Shown here piece by piece: positions 29,660-43,704 of a stretch of DNA of 64,000 nt. How positions within the stretch are numbered: position 1 is the stretch's first letter; the number at the start of each line of letters is the position of its first letter. The notes under the pieces are model-generated. The model was not told the origin of the DNA and ran no database searches. It worked only from the letters and a program-made list of their open reading frames with translations. Source of the DNA: Eledone cirrhosa (taxonomy: Eukaryota); NCBI GenBank assembly GCA_964016885.1, contig OZ024744.1:83266001-83330000 (forward strand), in the 5' to 3' direction. The translations under genes were made by a program, and so were the position numbers.

Positions 29660-30263
29660 AACATTTATATATATATATACATTCGTTTGTATTTATATGT
29701 GATAATTTAAAAGGAAGTTTACTTGATACATATATGTTATACATTCAATATATATAAACACATACATTGAGTTTTATTTACATATGGGTTCAAATTTCTC
29801 GTCGATGTCCGGAAGTGATATTCACCAACATAACAATCCTTTACCGCCAAAGTAGTAGAAGTTGGTTTGATTTATTGAGTTTATTTGAACGTCGTTGCGG
29901 TCAAAATTAGAACCACAAGCTTTCACGACTAACCGAAATGTAAAACTCAAATACATTCTCTTGTAATGGAACTCTTCTGGATGTGCAGGAATATTTCATT
30001 AATACAAAAAAATTTTTTTTTAATCAGCGTTTAGCAAAACCTTCAGTAAAACGGAATTACCATGTATCATAATTGCATATATTATGAATTAAACAAATCG
30101 GGACATGAAAAATAAATTTACACGTATTTTAACAAAATACATATATGTTCTATACCTTTTCTTAGGTAAATATCTATGGTTCTAGCTGTCATAGGTACAT
30201 AAATTCTACATAAACACAACGCCATCATCAACAGAAACGAAACATTATTTAGATTTAGATATA

Positions 30264-30303
<40 letters not shown>

Positions 30304-30890
30304 AGTGGAAGCTTAGTTAAATCGAAGCTTTGGCTGTGGCCAAGCAAAGTTGACCTACAATAAGGAATGAGTAGCAAAGCACTCAATAAGGGTAGGTCCT
30401 CAGAATAATGACATTACGCTTAAATAGCTTGACAAATTGAAAATTGCAGTAGGCAAACCCAAACTATACAGTACCAAAACAACGTAAGAACTAAGCAGGT
30501 TAAAACAACAGATATATATGTACATATATATATATATACATCTGATAATTTACCTTGAGCTATTTCTCTTACTGGTAGTCGGGTTGTCCAGCCTACTACC
30601 CTTTCATATTTATAATAATATATAACTCATATATAAGTATAAATACTATTATTAGTATATCTCTCTCTATATATATGTATATATATATACTCTCATTCAA
30701 GCAAATATATCAACACAAATGAGTAGGTACACGCGTATATGTGAGCCTTTGAATGAATAAATGTATATATATAGAAAAAATTTACGAAATGGAAATGCGG
30801 GTATATAGAATTTATTAGGTAACAATTGTTTCTATAGTGTATGAGTTACCTATACCTCGCTACTTGAATAATACACAAATATTATCAAAA

Positions 30891-30935
<45 letters not shown>

Positions 30936-30942
<7 letters not shown>

Positions 30943-31292
30943 AAAAAGAGATGAAATCGAAAATGCAACTGAAGTCTTATTTTTTTTTTAAATATATATA
31001 TTTTTATTTGGTTCCTTTACCGGTTTCGCAGTTCTTCTGCTTTTCAAAAGGTGAGTTGAGATGGAGGGTCTGTGGTTTTTCTCAGATGTGAGAAAAACTA
31101 CAGACCCTCCACCTCAACTCACCTTTTGAAAAGCAGAAGAACTGCGAAACCGGTAAAGGAACCAAATAAAAATATATATATTTAAAAAAAAAATAAGACT
31201 TCAGTTGCATTTTCGATTTCATCTCTTTTTCTTTATACTTTCACTCGTGTAGGACACCTCGGTTATTTTTCATTTTGTAAAAAAAACCTCAC

Positions 31293-31300
<8 letters not shown>
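30936..31300 (+). mobile_element. Family F foldback (149-bp arms) plus tail
   Basis: Arms 30936-31084 and 31089-31237; HHR motif in both arms. Confidence 0.9.
31122..31159 (+). ncRNA. Hammerhead variant with U3-A8 core (family F)
   Basis: CCTT-TTGAAAA-GCAG.AAGAA.CTGC-GAAA-CCGG-TA-AAGG; mirror copy on the minus strand at 31014-31051. Confidence 0.8.
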
Positions 31301-31348
<48 letters not shown>

Positions 31349-31350
<2 letters not shown>

Positions 31351-31823
31351 GATATTAACAAATGGAAACTATATTTATAAAACCATATTTATTTTATTAT
31401 ACATATTTCAAGGACACCAAGTTAAATTATGGTGTGCTTTCATCAGATAAAATATAATATAGATCAGTTTTATAAATAAATATTGACATACCATTACTGC
31501 TGGAAGCTCCTGGATAGTAGAGTTGTAGCTTTTCAAAAGCTACAACTCCACTATCCGGGAGCTTCCAGCAGTAATGGTTGCATTCTTTAAGGGTATGTCA
31601 ATATTTATTTATAAAACTGATCTATATTATATTTTATCTGATGAAAGCACACCATAATTTAACTTGGTGTCCTTGAAATATGTATAATAAAATAAATATG
31701 GTTTTATAAATATAGTTTCCATTTGTTAATATCGTTTTTACTCCAAATATGTGTTGAGTGCTTTATATCAGTTATAAAAATATTTGCTTGTTGTAACCCA
31801 ACAATTTAAATAGAACTTTTACA
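31349..31823 (+). mobile_element. Family C foldback mini-element
   Basis: Arms 31349-31533 and 31535-31735 (15-bp insert in the right arm) plus tail. Confidence 0.85.
31631..31693 (+). ncRNA. Type I hammerhead ribozyme motif (family C)
   Basis: ATTTTAT-CTGATGA-AAG.ACACCA..TGGTGT.CTT-GAAA-T-ATGT-A-TA-ATAAAAT; perfect 7-bp stem I; mirror copy in the left arm. Confidence 0.85.
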
Positions 31824-31986
31824 TATATATATATATATATGATCTTTCTCATAACGCGTGTGAGTATATAGAAATATATATCAACATACGAATATGAACA
31901 TACACTTGCAGATGCACACATACGCACACAGTAAACACATCGTTATATTTCTTTGTCTATCTTCAACTTATTATTTAACTGTCAAA

Positions 31987-32192
31987 GAGCGGTAGATTGG
32001 CAGTATCGGTAGAGAATCGGACACCATGCTTTGAAGGATAGAGTTACGGTCCTTTACTGTCTGAGTTCAAATCCGGCCGAGATTTTTTTCGTCTTTCATC
32101 CCTACGGGGTCGATAAAATAAAGCACCAGTCTCGATTTAATCGACTTTTCCCTTCCCCCAAAATTTCTGGCCTTGTGCCTATATAAGAAACC
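31987..32192 (+). mobile_element. Nin/Deu SINE, long-tail subfamily
   Basis: A box, B box, core, and an extra TCGATTTAATCGACTTTTCCCTTCCCCC segment. Confidence 0.85.
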
Positions 32193-34075
32193 ATTATTTA
32201 ACTGTCATTTCATTGTGTTCGGGTGTAATATTCTTGTACTTAATGACCAACTGCTCACATTATTTTGCCACGCATTTTTTTTGTTTCTTGCTGGACTAGA
32301 TGAGTGCAGTAACATTTAGGATATAGAAATGGTAGTTGGATTTAAAATACACATGGACAACTAATATCTTAAACATCACTCGCTCTTCTTGCGAACAGAA
32401 TTCCTTTAGTTTTCCTTAAAGGAAAACATTTAAAACTTTCGTGAACGCGTGGTTCTGTTTTCCACTGTTGTATAGTTTGCAACATGCATAAGTCTTTAAT
32501 TCAGCTTGCAGCCACCATAACGAGTGGTTTTTATTTTTCGTCAGTGTTTCAATGCCTTAAGACAAGATAATGTATTGTTGAAAATTGTATGGAAGCAAAA
32601 GTAAATTATAACACTTTATATGTAGGACTGTACTATTGACAGTTCTTTTGCCTCAAACGTCTCTCAGTGCCTTAGTCTTGCCATAGATTTCTCAATCAAT
32701 GTAACTTTAAATAACAACAAAATAAACATACTTAGTATAACCTCACAAGTAAACATCAGTAGGAAAAACATTGTAGAGGAATCAGCGTAAACATATTGGA
32801 AAAGCAGTGGATTTTCCCCTAGAGAGAACGTTCGAAATCTTTACTTAAAACTGTCGTAGCTGTATATCTTTCCCGAAAGACATGGTTTTAAGTTTGTACT
32901 TTTGTATGAAATCATGGATTTGGGTTTGACTTTTATTTTTAATTTTATTTTAGTCTGTTACTTTGGGTACTTGAATACTAAAATATACTTCATTATTTCA
33001 TACTTCCCATCATACCTTTCATTGTCTCAGAAACGAATATTTTAATGCCTCATTTCATTTGGTTCTGACAATGATTACCTACAATGGAATTATTTCCCAG
33101 ACAACACTAGTTTCATCTCTCATATGATTAATGCTAAAGAAGCTATAGCTAAACCCCGAATAATGGATGTGCGAAGAAATTGTTATTGATTCTGTGTTTT
33201 TTTTTTTTCATTTTATCTGTGCATAATTCAACAGTATAATGGGATATTGGAATAAGCCATTGGTATTTGGTACCCCAAATGACTTATTAGATAGAAAGTG
33301 TAGTGCCAATTCAAAACACTGCATATCTCATAATTTATATATCTCACCATTTTAAATAATGTTCTAGAACATTTTATGCTTGACGAGATGTGCAGTGTTG
33401 CGAATCATATTATAACACCAAATATAGTACATTATTTTTAAGTAATGCATTCTATGTAATATTGATGTTTTTCTTCAGAATTTCTCATATTTGTTAGGGA
33501 TGAGGACGGCTAATTGGGCCGACTTCAGTACATAGTTGGTATGTATTATATAGAAACGTGAGAGAGGAAAACGCTAAATGTGACACCCTGTCGGATTTAA
33601 TCTCAGAATTTAAAGGGAGATAAATGGTTATTGAAAGCAACCTAGATCAGTGCTAACTGTTTTTGTAATCCACCGCCATTTTATATTACAATTAAAATCA
33701 TTGGTGATTTTGTTAGAATTGCTAAAGGCCAACACAATAAATACTTTTAAACATTGGTAAAAGAGAAGTCTTATATTTAGCACTCGCCATACCCGTTGGT
33801 TGAAATTAAGAAGAACACGTACAGTTTACTTTTATATCCAAATGAAACTGTGATTAAATAGGTGCCAAGAAAAATACAATGTACTTAGTTAAACACTGAA
33901 TAATTTCTTAACATGTGGAGCTGTGCTCGAAGACTTACAAACTTAACATACTAAGTCTTCTGTGTGTGTGTATACTTAGTATGTTAGTGTGTGTATATAC
34001 ACACACACACACACATATATATTAATATATATGTGTGTGAGTGTATTTGTGTGTGTGTGTGCGTGTGTGTGCGTG

Positions 34076-34155
<80 letters not shown>

Positions 34156-35635
34156 GCATTACTGAAAAATCCTTTTACCAATGTTTAGCAATTCTAACAA
34201 AATCACCAATGATTTTAATTGTAATATAAAATGGCGGAAGGATTTTTCAGTAACTTAAAATGTGCAGGGTCTCCAAGACTCTCAAATAAAAGATAGGGTC
34301 TACTCTCTATCACGAGACCATGCCAGAATGTTTGCAGCAGAGTGAATTTCCCTGAAGGAGTAATTGGTATTAAATTCTTGCCTTCGAATAATTCAGAAAC
34401 CTTTCTGCCAATAATCATGCCAATATCCCAAATCATGCAAAATGTATAGGACTCAACTTATTGTGGAATATGATTTTTAAATACCATATTTATGAAACAT
34501 GTAATAAACAGGGAATAAAGTATATGTGGTGAAACTTTATAGCGATTCATTTCAAGTGCTTGTTTAATGACGAAGAAATCTTGTTGATTCAGATAAGAAT
34601 ATTATAGGAAAGGTTTGATCAAGGGCTCACTCTTACGTCGTTCTTGAAATATTGTTAGAAAATTTAATAGGAATGATATTCATGGTATCTCTGTATTTAG
34701 GAAACTTATAAAAGGTTTTCATTATCTTTGTAAGGAATGAATATTGAATGGCATTAGGTGATCTCAGTAAACAAGACTGTCTGACTTTTGTTTTCCAGGT
34801 AAAATTACTTGTGAAAGATTTCATTTTGTTTTCATACAGTTAACTATTTTCTGTTGAATGGTCATATAGCAACAATGTATAAGATGATATCTGAGAAGAA
34901 TAAAGAATAGGACGATTGACGACATGTGGATCTCTTAAGGAAAATGATCTTTAAAAAAATCCAAGAGCAACATCAAACCTTTCTTTTGATGCTGGCATTC
35001 CAATCGATATTGGCTTTCCAATAACAACGCATAAACTCCCATGTTATTAGATTTCACTAGAGAATTGTCTGAAGTAACTAAATATGGATGTTTAAGATAT
35101 TTCTTCAAAGTCATTCTTTCCAAAACGCTCATGCTTTGTTTTCATTTACAGAATGGATTAGAGTATTATTTTCACAAGCATGTCCTTAAATTACGTCCAG
35201 GAATACACAACAGAAAAAGAATTGAACACTATCGCTTCCCAATTTGTTTTGTGTAGATTCGTGTCATTCAAAAGATGTAGGATGTTAAGAATCCGTGCTT
35301 CTAAAAAGGAACGTCCGTAATGAAGGCCAAACAACATACTACCACGATATAAGATAATAGGTTTTCTCATTAATGTGCTCTGTATCGTATTGTAATGGTT
35401 CTTCAATAGTGCGTTTTCTTGCGTCTTTTAAATTCTAGCATGAGTTGAAAGAAAAAAATAATTCATCCGTGAGATCTAGCAAAAGATCAGATGAACATGT
35501 TATCTACAGATAAAATTGGGTATTTGTGTACTTGTCCAGTAAAGGAACAATAGAGATTCTTCATTATTAATGTATATCCGAAAACATCCTGTCAAAGGAA
35601 GAAAATAAGGGACACCTGTAGTATCCTATACTACG

Positions 35636-35726
35636 TTCTTCTTCTTCTTCTTCTTCTTCTTCTTCTTCTTCTTCTTCTTCTTCTTCTTCTTCTTCTTCTT
35701 CTTCTTCTTCTTCTTCTTCTTCTTCT
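35636..35726. repeat. (CTT)n microsatellite, about 30 units
   Basis: Read directly. Confidence 0.98.
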
Positions 35727-36348
35727 TTGTGTTGTTGTTGTTGCTGACCACCTTTCATAGGGAAGAACAAGATTGATCATGAAAGTCAGACACATTCCTT
35801 TCGGTCAAGGTTACCGACTTTTTCAAGTTTCATTAAGAAAGGTAGATAAAAGCGAATGAGCTTATTCTCAGCATGTGCCTGTTGATCGGACAATGATTAT
35901 TAGGGGAAGGAACTCAAGCTTGAAAGTAAGGTTGATTGTGGATCTATATTGCGGATTGTTCCTCAATAAGCCTTAGGTATCCAGCACTCTGTACCAGGAG
36001 GATTTACTTCCATATTTAATAGTATATTATATATACCTAATTTGTATACTATGTATACTTGTTGCCCATATTTTTCTCATTTCTATGTAAAACTCAACTT
36101 CATGGTGGTACTTGTATTTGTAATGTCTCATTCGTTTGATGCCCTTGTGGCAAATAAATGAAATTATTATATGGAGTCTAATTCATAATATACTTCCATC
36201 GTTTCACAATATGTGTCAGCAGAGAGACTAGATATCTCGGGAGATGGTTGCAGCAAGGAAGCGATCACATCTGTAAGGTTTTCAGCCATTGCAATATCCA
36301 GGTGTGTGTCAACACCATGATTGTACATCTAATATATGTTTCCTTCAT

Positions 36349-36445
36349 CCGAGGTTAACTTTGCCTTTCATCCTTACGGGGTCGATAAAATAAAGTACCA
36401 GTAATGTACTGGGTAATTGCTGGCCTTGTGCCAAATGTAGAAACA
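36349..36445 (+). mobile_element. Nin/Deu SINE 3' half
   Basis: Core and tail present; ATATGTTTCCTTCAT repeated on both sides (TSD-like). Confidence 0.85.
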
Positions 36446-36649
36446 GTTATATGTTTCCTTCATATTGCCATGTACCGTAATGTTAGTTTTGGAGAATAAT
36501 GAAAATAAGCATACACGTCCATATATTAATATTGCTTTCTATATACACGTGCAAATGTTACTTCTAATTATTAAATCTGGACTTGATAAGTTTGGAATCC
36601 AGTAAAAATAAGGACGCTGGAAGGTTCGGCTTTCATTTTATGTCTTACT

Positions 36650-36680
<31 letters not shown>

Positions 36681-37082
36681 TTTTTGTATTTTAGTCAACA
36701 ATTTAAATATGCAAGTAAAATGAAATTATACATTAATTAGAAAGGATTACATCCAACAGCATGAGGCCAAATATTTGCAGCTGAGCAGTACTGTCGGATA
36801 CATCGATTTCAGTACTCTCTTCATTCACTTAATATTGTCTAGTGAAGAAGATACTAAGCACTTGTTTACACAAGATATACGAACGTTATTTTGTAAGTTT
36901 GTAAGGTTTCTGGTAGAAAATAAAAGTCAACCAGGGAATATAAAATTTATGAAAATGATCGGAGTTAAAATACCAAATAATGTATATTCTAAGATTTCCT
37001 TTGTAATATTATTAAATCATATTAAAATAATATTTATAATTATAGATCCATAGTTTTATATATCTATATCTATCTATCTGTC

Positions 37083-37125
<43 letters not shown>

Positions 37126-37174
37126 GAGAAAGAAAGAGAGAGAGAGAGAGAAAGAGAGAGAGAGCGAGAGAGAG

Positions 37175-37230
<56 letters not shown>

Positions 37231-37618
37231 TGTGTGAGAGAGAGAGAGAGAGAAAGATGGGGAGGGAGAGAGAGAGATGGATTGATAGATAAATAGATGC
37301 CATACATATATGGAAACAAGCCAGATTGACAGACAGATATTTACAAATTTTATTAAATTTATAGCTCCATGCATACATATACAAATACATACAGACTTAA
37401 ATAAGGCAAATTGATTATATAGATAGCTATTTGACTAGCTAGGTAGATATATAGACAAACTCCAATACACACACACGCATATATATATATATATTATATA
37501 TATATATATACATACTACATACATTTATATATGTGTGTATGAGTAAGTGTATATATATATGTGTGTGTATGAGTATGTGTATGAATATATGTCTATATGT
37601 AGAGCGATGCATAATTTG

Positions 37619-37679
<61 letters not shown>

Positions 37680-37680
<1 letters not shown>

Positions 37681-38272
37681 AGTTAGAAACTCAAAATAGT
37701 CTCTTACAATAAAATAGCTCTAGGAAAAAGATTTTTCTGAGCCGTATATTATAATTGAATATAAAAGAGAGATAAACACAGACATATACATATATGTGTT
37801 CAAATCGTAAGGGACCAGATTCGCTAAGGTGAAAAAAATACTAACTATGGACAATAGGGTTTGCCAGACTCAATTTAAGAATAAATCAAGAAAATAAATA
37901 CAAACCGGAATTGTGGTAACTACCAATCCCACAGACAGCGTTTGGCTATGCTATATCGCAAAGTAATTGTGAAGAGAATTACTAATTCTTGCTCATCAGT
38001 GGGTGAAAATTAGTAAACTCCTCACTTCTAAGAATAGTAAACTCCTCACAACTGTATAGTGTGCATATATATATAATAACGCACATGATATTAGAACTTA
38101 GCGTGTCTCAAACTCACACCACTAAAAATAGCCAAGTTTACTCGACATTAAATTAAGTCTGGCAAACACTATTGTCCATAGTTAGTATTTTTTCACCTTA
38201 GCGAACCTGAACCCTTACGATTTCAACACATATATGTATATTTTGTGTTTATCTCTCTTTTATATTCAATTA

Positions 38273-38273
<1 letters not shown>
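37680..38273 (-). mobile_element. Penelope-like mini-element with an inverted copy of its tail and a degenerate HHR
   Basis: Arms 37751-37878 and 38148-38273; reverse complement CCCA-CTGATGA-GC...GC-CAAA-CGCTG-TC-TGTGGG at 37928-38003. Confidence 0.6.
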
Positions 38274-38308
<35 letters not shown>

Positions 38309-38746
38309 AGAGAGAAAGTTGGGGTGAGAGAGAAAATATTTGGAAAGATTGAATGGGAGTCTAGACACAATATATAGGTAGGTTAGGTTAGTTTACTTGA
38401 GTTTTAGAATTAAGTCGAGAACATATGAGTTTCTAACAAGGTGTATTAAGTGACAGCATAAAGCAAGATATATCTTTGCGGCAAAAAATGGAAATACATA
38501 AACGCATAAACATAAACATTTTTTTTTTCTTTTGTTAAACAACCAACAAATATTTTCAAATAGAAAAAATTCACACTGGAATTGAAATTGCATTTTTGGA
38601 TCGAAACATAAAATTTCCATATTACTGTATGGTAAAATGGGTAGTTTAAATATTCAACATTACAACAGTAAATTTAAATGTTTGTCCTGTCTCTCCATCT
38701 CCTCCCAATCTCCGTATAACACTCTTTCGCGTTGTCTCACCCTCTT

Positions 38747-38777
<31 letters not shown>

Positions 38778-38849
38778 ATATGTCTATCTCTTTCTCTCTT
38801 CTTTCTCTTTCTCTCTCTATCTCTGTTTTACTCTCTGTATTTTTCTGAT

Positions 38850-38912
<63 letters not shown>

Positions 38913-39434
38913 ATATATATATATATATATATAAATACGCATACATATGTATTTTTATGTGTATACATATATATATATATATAACAATTTTTATTATAAC
39001 ACTTAAATATATATATATATATAGATATGTATAAATTTATACTTCAATAGCATAAAACATTATACGACATTCTATATATTATTTCAAGTTGGTAGAGTTT
39101 ATTTGTATCCAACAGATTTTAGATTGTAAATGATAATTAATTATAGATATGACACGAAATAAATTTGAACTAGAAGATAGAAAGGACGAACAGATTATTA
39201 AATGACATACGATTTGGTTTGCGCCTATTACATTAAATAATATCCAAAACCGCAAGTAAGTAATAATAGGAATTTCTAACTGAGGGAAAAGGCCAGACAT
39301 ATCCGGGGAACACTATAAACGATACCGTATTTTCCCTACCTCGTTAGGATAAATTACAAATTTAATTAATTAGACCGCTGTCCGAAATAAAACACATAAC
39401 AAATGGTGTGCTATTTTCTGTATATACACGCTCG

Positions 39435-39468
<34 letters not shown>

Positions 39469-39479
39469 ATATATATGTA

Positions 39480-39547
<68 letters not shown>

Positions 39548-39944
39548 TCTGTTTACCTTTTACACACAAACGCACACACACACACGCGCACAGACACACA
39601 CATATATATATATAGTTTCGTTGACAAATATATCAATATGCCCAGACACGCAGATATATTGCATTGGTATATATACGTAGAATATGTATATTCTATGTAT
39701 TGAAAATGTGGGCTGGATTAAATTTCGTTTTGTGCGTATTTATATCTATACACAGTATCTTGGCACGAGAACAACATGCGTCGCTCTGTCCTAATGTCGA
39801 ACTTAAGACCAAGGCCTGAGCACTAGCCACTAACCAACTGTATCAGGATGGAATCAGTTTGAAACTGAGCTGTTGAAGCGACAAGAGCTTAGCTGTCGGG
39901 TAGCGACTGTTTAAAGTATACACACACACACACGCACGCACACG

Positions 39945-40079
<135 letters not shown>

Positions 40080-40251
40080 ACACACACACACACATATATA
40101 TATACATATATAGGTAATCTAGTTAGAGTACTCAGCGTCGTGGATAGTTTTAACGTACGGCTTTGTTTGACTCAACAAAATGTTTCCATAGTTATGCAGC
40201 GAGTTCGCGGTAATTTCTATGCAGGTTACACTTGGAGTAATAATAGTTAAA

Positions 40252-40396
40252 GATCAGGTGTGTCTAGAGTTCGCTAATCGCTTGAAATTGCGTCAATCGA
40301 TTTCCAATACATTGTTTACCACTGGTCAACACATTAGAGTACGTAGATCGATTGACGCAACCTCAAGCGATTAGCGAACTCTAGACACACCTGATC
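40252..40396. repeat. Inverted repeat with 50-bp arms
   Basis: 40252-40301 versus 40347-40396, 2 mismatches. Confidence 0.9.
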
Positions 40397-40483
40397 AACG
40401 AAACAATTGTCAGTACTTTAAATAAAGCCTTTATTGTACAGCCAACCATGTTACTCTTCTTTCTTCTTTAACTATATATATAA

Positions 40484-40604
<121 letters not shown>

Positions 40605-41297
40605 TTTGAAATAGCACGGGAAGTATATTTAAAAGGACCTGTTTTTCTTTTTTGCATCCTTGATCTGTCAAATTGACATTATTGAAAAAATGAGTGGAAC
40701 AAGAAGGATTTTTTTTATAATGTATATAAAATATATAAAATATAACCATATAACCGGTTTCGATGTATCAGTGTAATCCATCTTATCAAATGTTGAATAT
40801 TAATTACAATAACAAAGAAAAAAAAAAGAATAAAAAAGAAAAAAATTTAAATTATGTGTTGAAGGTCTGTACATCTTTCTTGTTGAGAAGAAGACTGGGC
40901 CTTAAATGGAACCTTATATATATAGAGAGAGGTAATTACAATAGTAGTAGTAGTGGTGGTGGTAGTTGTGTCTTTTTAGAGAACAAAATTATTTTTAGGG
41001 AGAGGAATTTTTCTGTATATTTGTGTGTGTATCTCAATTATGTTAAATGACTGGTCAAGAGTTCAGAGGGGCAGTGGAAAAGAGGGGAAATATAAGCTAT
41101 AGGAGATATAGGTATATATGATTGTTAAAGGTATAGGATTGTAAAAGAAATTCTATTTTAGGAATATGGTTTTAGAGGGTATGAGTGTGTATGTGTGAGT
41201 GTGTATATAAATATGTGTGTGTGTGTGGTTGTGTGTCTTATTGTAAGTGTGATGGGATCAAAATATTTTTGGGGAAAATAAAAATGGGGATTTGTAA

Positions 41298-41379
<82 letters not shown>

Positions 41380-41385
<6 letters not shown>

Positions 41386-41686
41386 TATGTACATGTACAT
41401 ACATATATGTATACAGACGTACAGTAGTATGTATATATATATACATACATGCACACATATATATATATGTACGTATGGATTCACCGTTTACAAACACACC
41501 GAGCATTATAATAAATGTTCGGTGAATCCATACATACATATATATATGTGTGCATGTATATATATATATATATATACATACTACTGTACGTCTGTACACA
41601 TATATGTATGTACGTATACATACTTATATTTAAGAAACAGCCGTACTAAGAGTGTGAAATGAAATTTCGTTTCATTTTTTCCGTTT
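41380..41686 (+). mobile_element. Family H foldback (tail only, HHR not included)
   Basis: Arms CAGACGTACAGTAGTATG and CATACTACTGTACGTCTG; tail GAAATTTCGTTTCATTTTTTCCGTTT. Confidence 0.75.
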
Positions 41687-41944
41687 ATATATATATATAT
41701 ATATATATATGTTTGTTTTTGTTGTGGTGTGTGTGTGTTTTAGTTTGTTTATTTGTCACAGGTCTTTTTTTTGGTGGGTAATTGAAAAACAGAGTATAGT
41801 ATTAGTGATGGTTTTCAATCTAGATTTGGAAATGGGTTATTTTTGGAAAATATGTGTATGAATAATTTCTTTTTACTTCGTGGTGTGTGTACGAGAGTGA
41901 GAGAGTGTATATATGTGTGTGTGTGTGTGTGTGTGTTCGTATAA

Positions 41945-41995
<51 letters not shown>

Positions 41996-42191
41996 GACGT
42001 GTATGTGTGCAAATATATCGATCTGTCTGTATATGTGTATGTACTTAGTTAATAGGTCCTTATGAATAATCTAATGGGGGTGACTACATATTTAATTTTG
42101 GTTTAAATCTTTCTTTATATATACACACACACAGACACACATACAGACATATATATATATATATATATATATGTGCATACATGTATTATAT

Positions 42192-42256
<65 letters not shown>

Positions 42257-43212
42257 GACAGACATATATATATATATATTCATATATGCATACATGTATT
42301 ATATGTGTTTATATATGTATATATACGCATTTATGTATGTATGCATATAATGTATGTCATATAGATGTGAATGTGTGTATGTTAGTTTTAGAATGAATAT
42401 CTCGATGGATTTTTCACGATATATAATTGGTTGTATTAATATATACATATATACATTACATTTCATTGTTTTTCTCCTCTCCAGTCGCACAACTTACCCC
42501 ACATCCATCTCCCAATAATTATTATCAATATATCCCCACTTCGATCACTAGTATCTAACAAGATTATCAGATCTTTAGCCGCTACCTCTTGGTTGTTAAT
42601 AATAATAATAATATTACTACTAATAATAATAATAATAATTCGCATGCCTCGGATTTAAGAAGGCATTGTTGTTGTTACAAGATAATTATAAATGCAACAT
42701 AGATTATTTATTATCTACATTCGATTTTACGTCTCACACTAACACACTCACTCTTAATATATGATATGCGACTGCCATTCTCGTCGTGTTTTTAAACTTT
42801 ATCTCTCATATATCACGCGTCCGTATGTGTATATAGGCCCACATACCTGCACACACACACACACGCACTAACACACACACACATACACACACATGAATGT
42901 ATGTGTTTATGTGTGTCTGTGTATGTATATATGTCTAGTGGGAATCACTTATCATCACGTTGGGGCGAAGTCTTTTCGATAAAATAATAAATTGACAATA
43001 TTGAACTGTTTTCAATATGTGTATATATATATATATATGGAAACACACATGCAAGCACGCACGTACACACAGACGCACGCACACACGCACACACACACAT
43101 ATATATATATAATATATATAAATAAATAGAAAACTTAAACGTAAACAACAAAGGAAACAACAGTACAATGAAGAAATATATTAGTTTAATGCTTGATATA
43201 GTAGGAAAAGTG

Positions 43213-43248
43213 TCTTTACTTTTCGGACACTAGTCCTTCATCGGAAGG
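43213..43248 (-). ncRNA. Degenerate minimal hammerhead (family E)
   Basis: Reverse complement CCTT-CCGATGA-AGGAC.TAGT.GTCC-GAAAAGTA-AAGA, with core substitutions. Confidence 0.55.
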
Positions 43249-43344
43249 GGCAGGAAACAAAAATTATTTTTAAAAAAGGTTGCGTGTGTCTGACACACAC
43301 GCACACACGCACGCCCCCCCCCCACCCACACCCACACACACACC

Positions 43345-43409
<65 letters not shown>

Positions 43410-43441
43410 ATAATATGTCAATATTTATAAAACAAACTTTG

Positions 43442-43502
43442 TATTTTATCTGATGAGCGCGTACCAAAGTTTTGGTATCCTTGAAATATATATAATAGAA
43501 TA
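43442..43502 (+). ncRNA. Type I hammerhead ribozyme motif (family C)
   Basis: TATTTTAT-CTGATGA-..GTACCAAA/TTTGGTAT..-GAAA-T-ATAT-A-TA-ATAGAATA. Confidence 0.75.
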
Positions 43503-43541
43503 AATATGGTTTTATGAATCTAGTTTCCATTTATTTAAGAT

Positions 43542-43581
<40 letters not shown>

Positions 43582-43630
43582 TCAAAATATAACCCTTTTT
43601 AATTGAAACAATTTATTGTAAAAAGATCTA

Positions 43631-43704
<74 letters not shown>

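Noticed and set aside
35567-35770. Poly-Glu ORF
   Set aside because: (CTT)n microsatellite.
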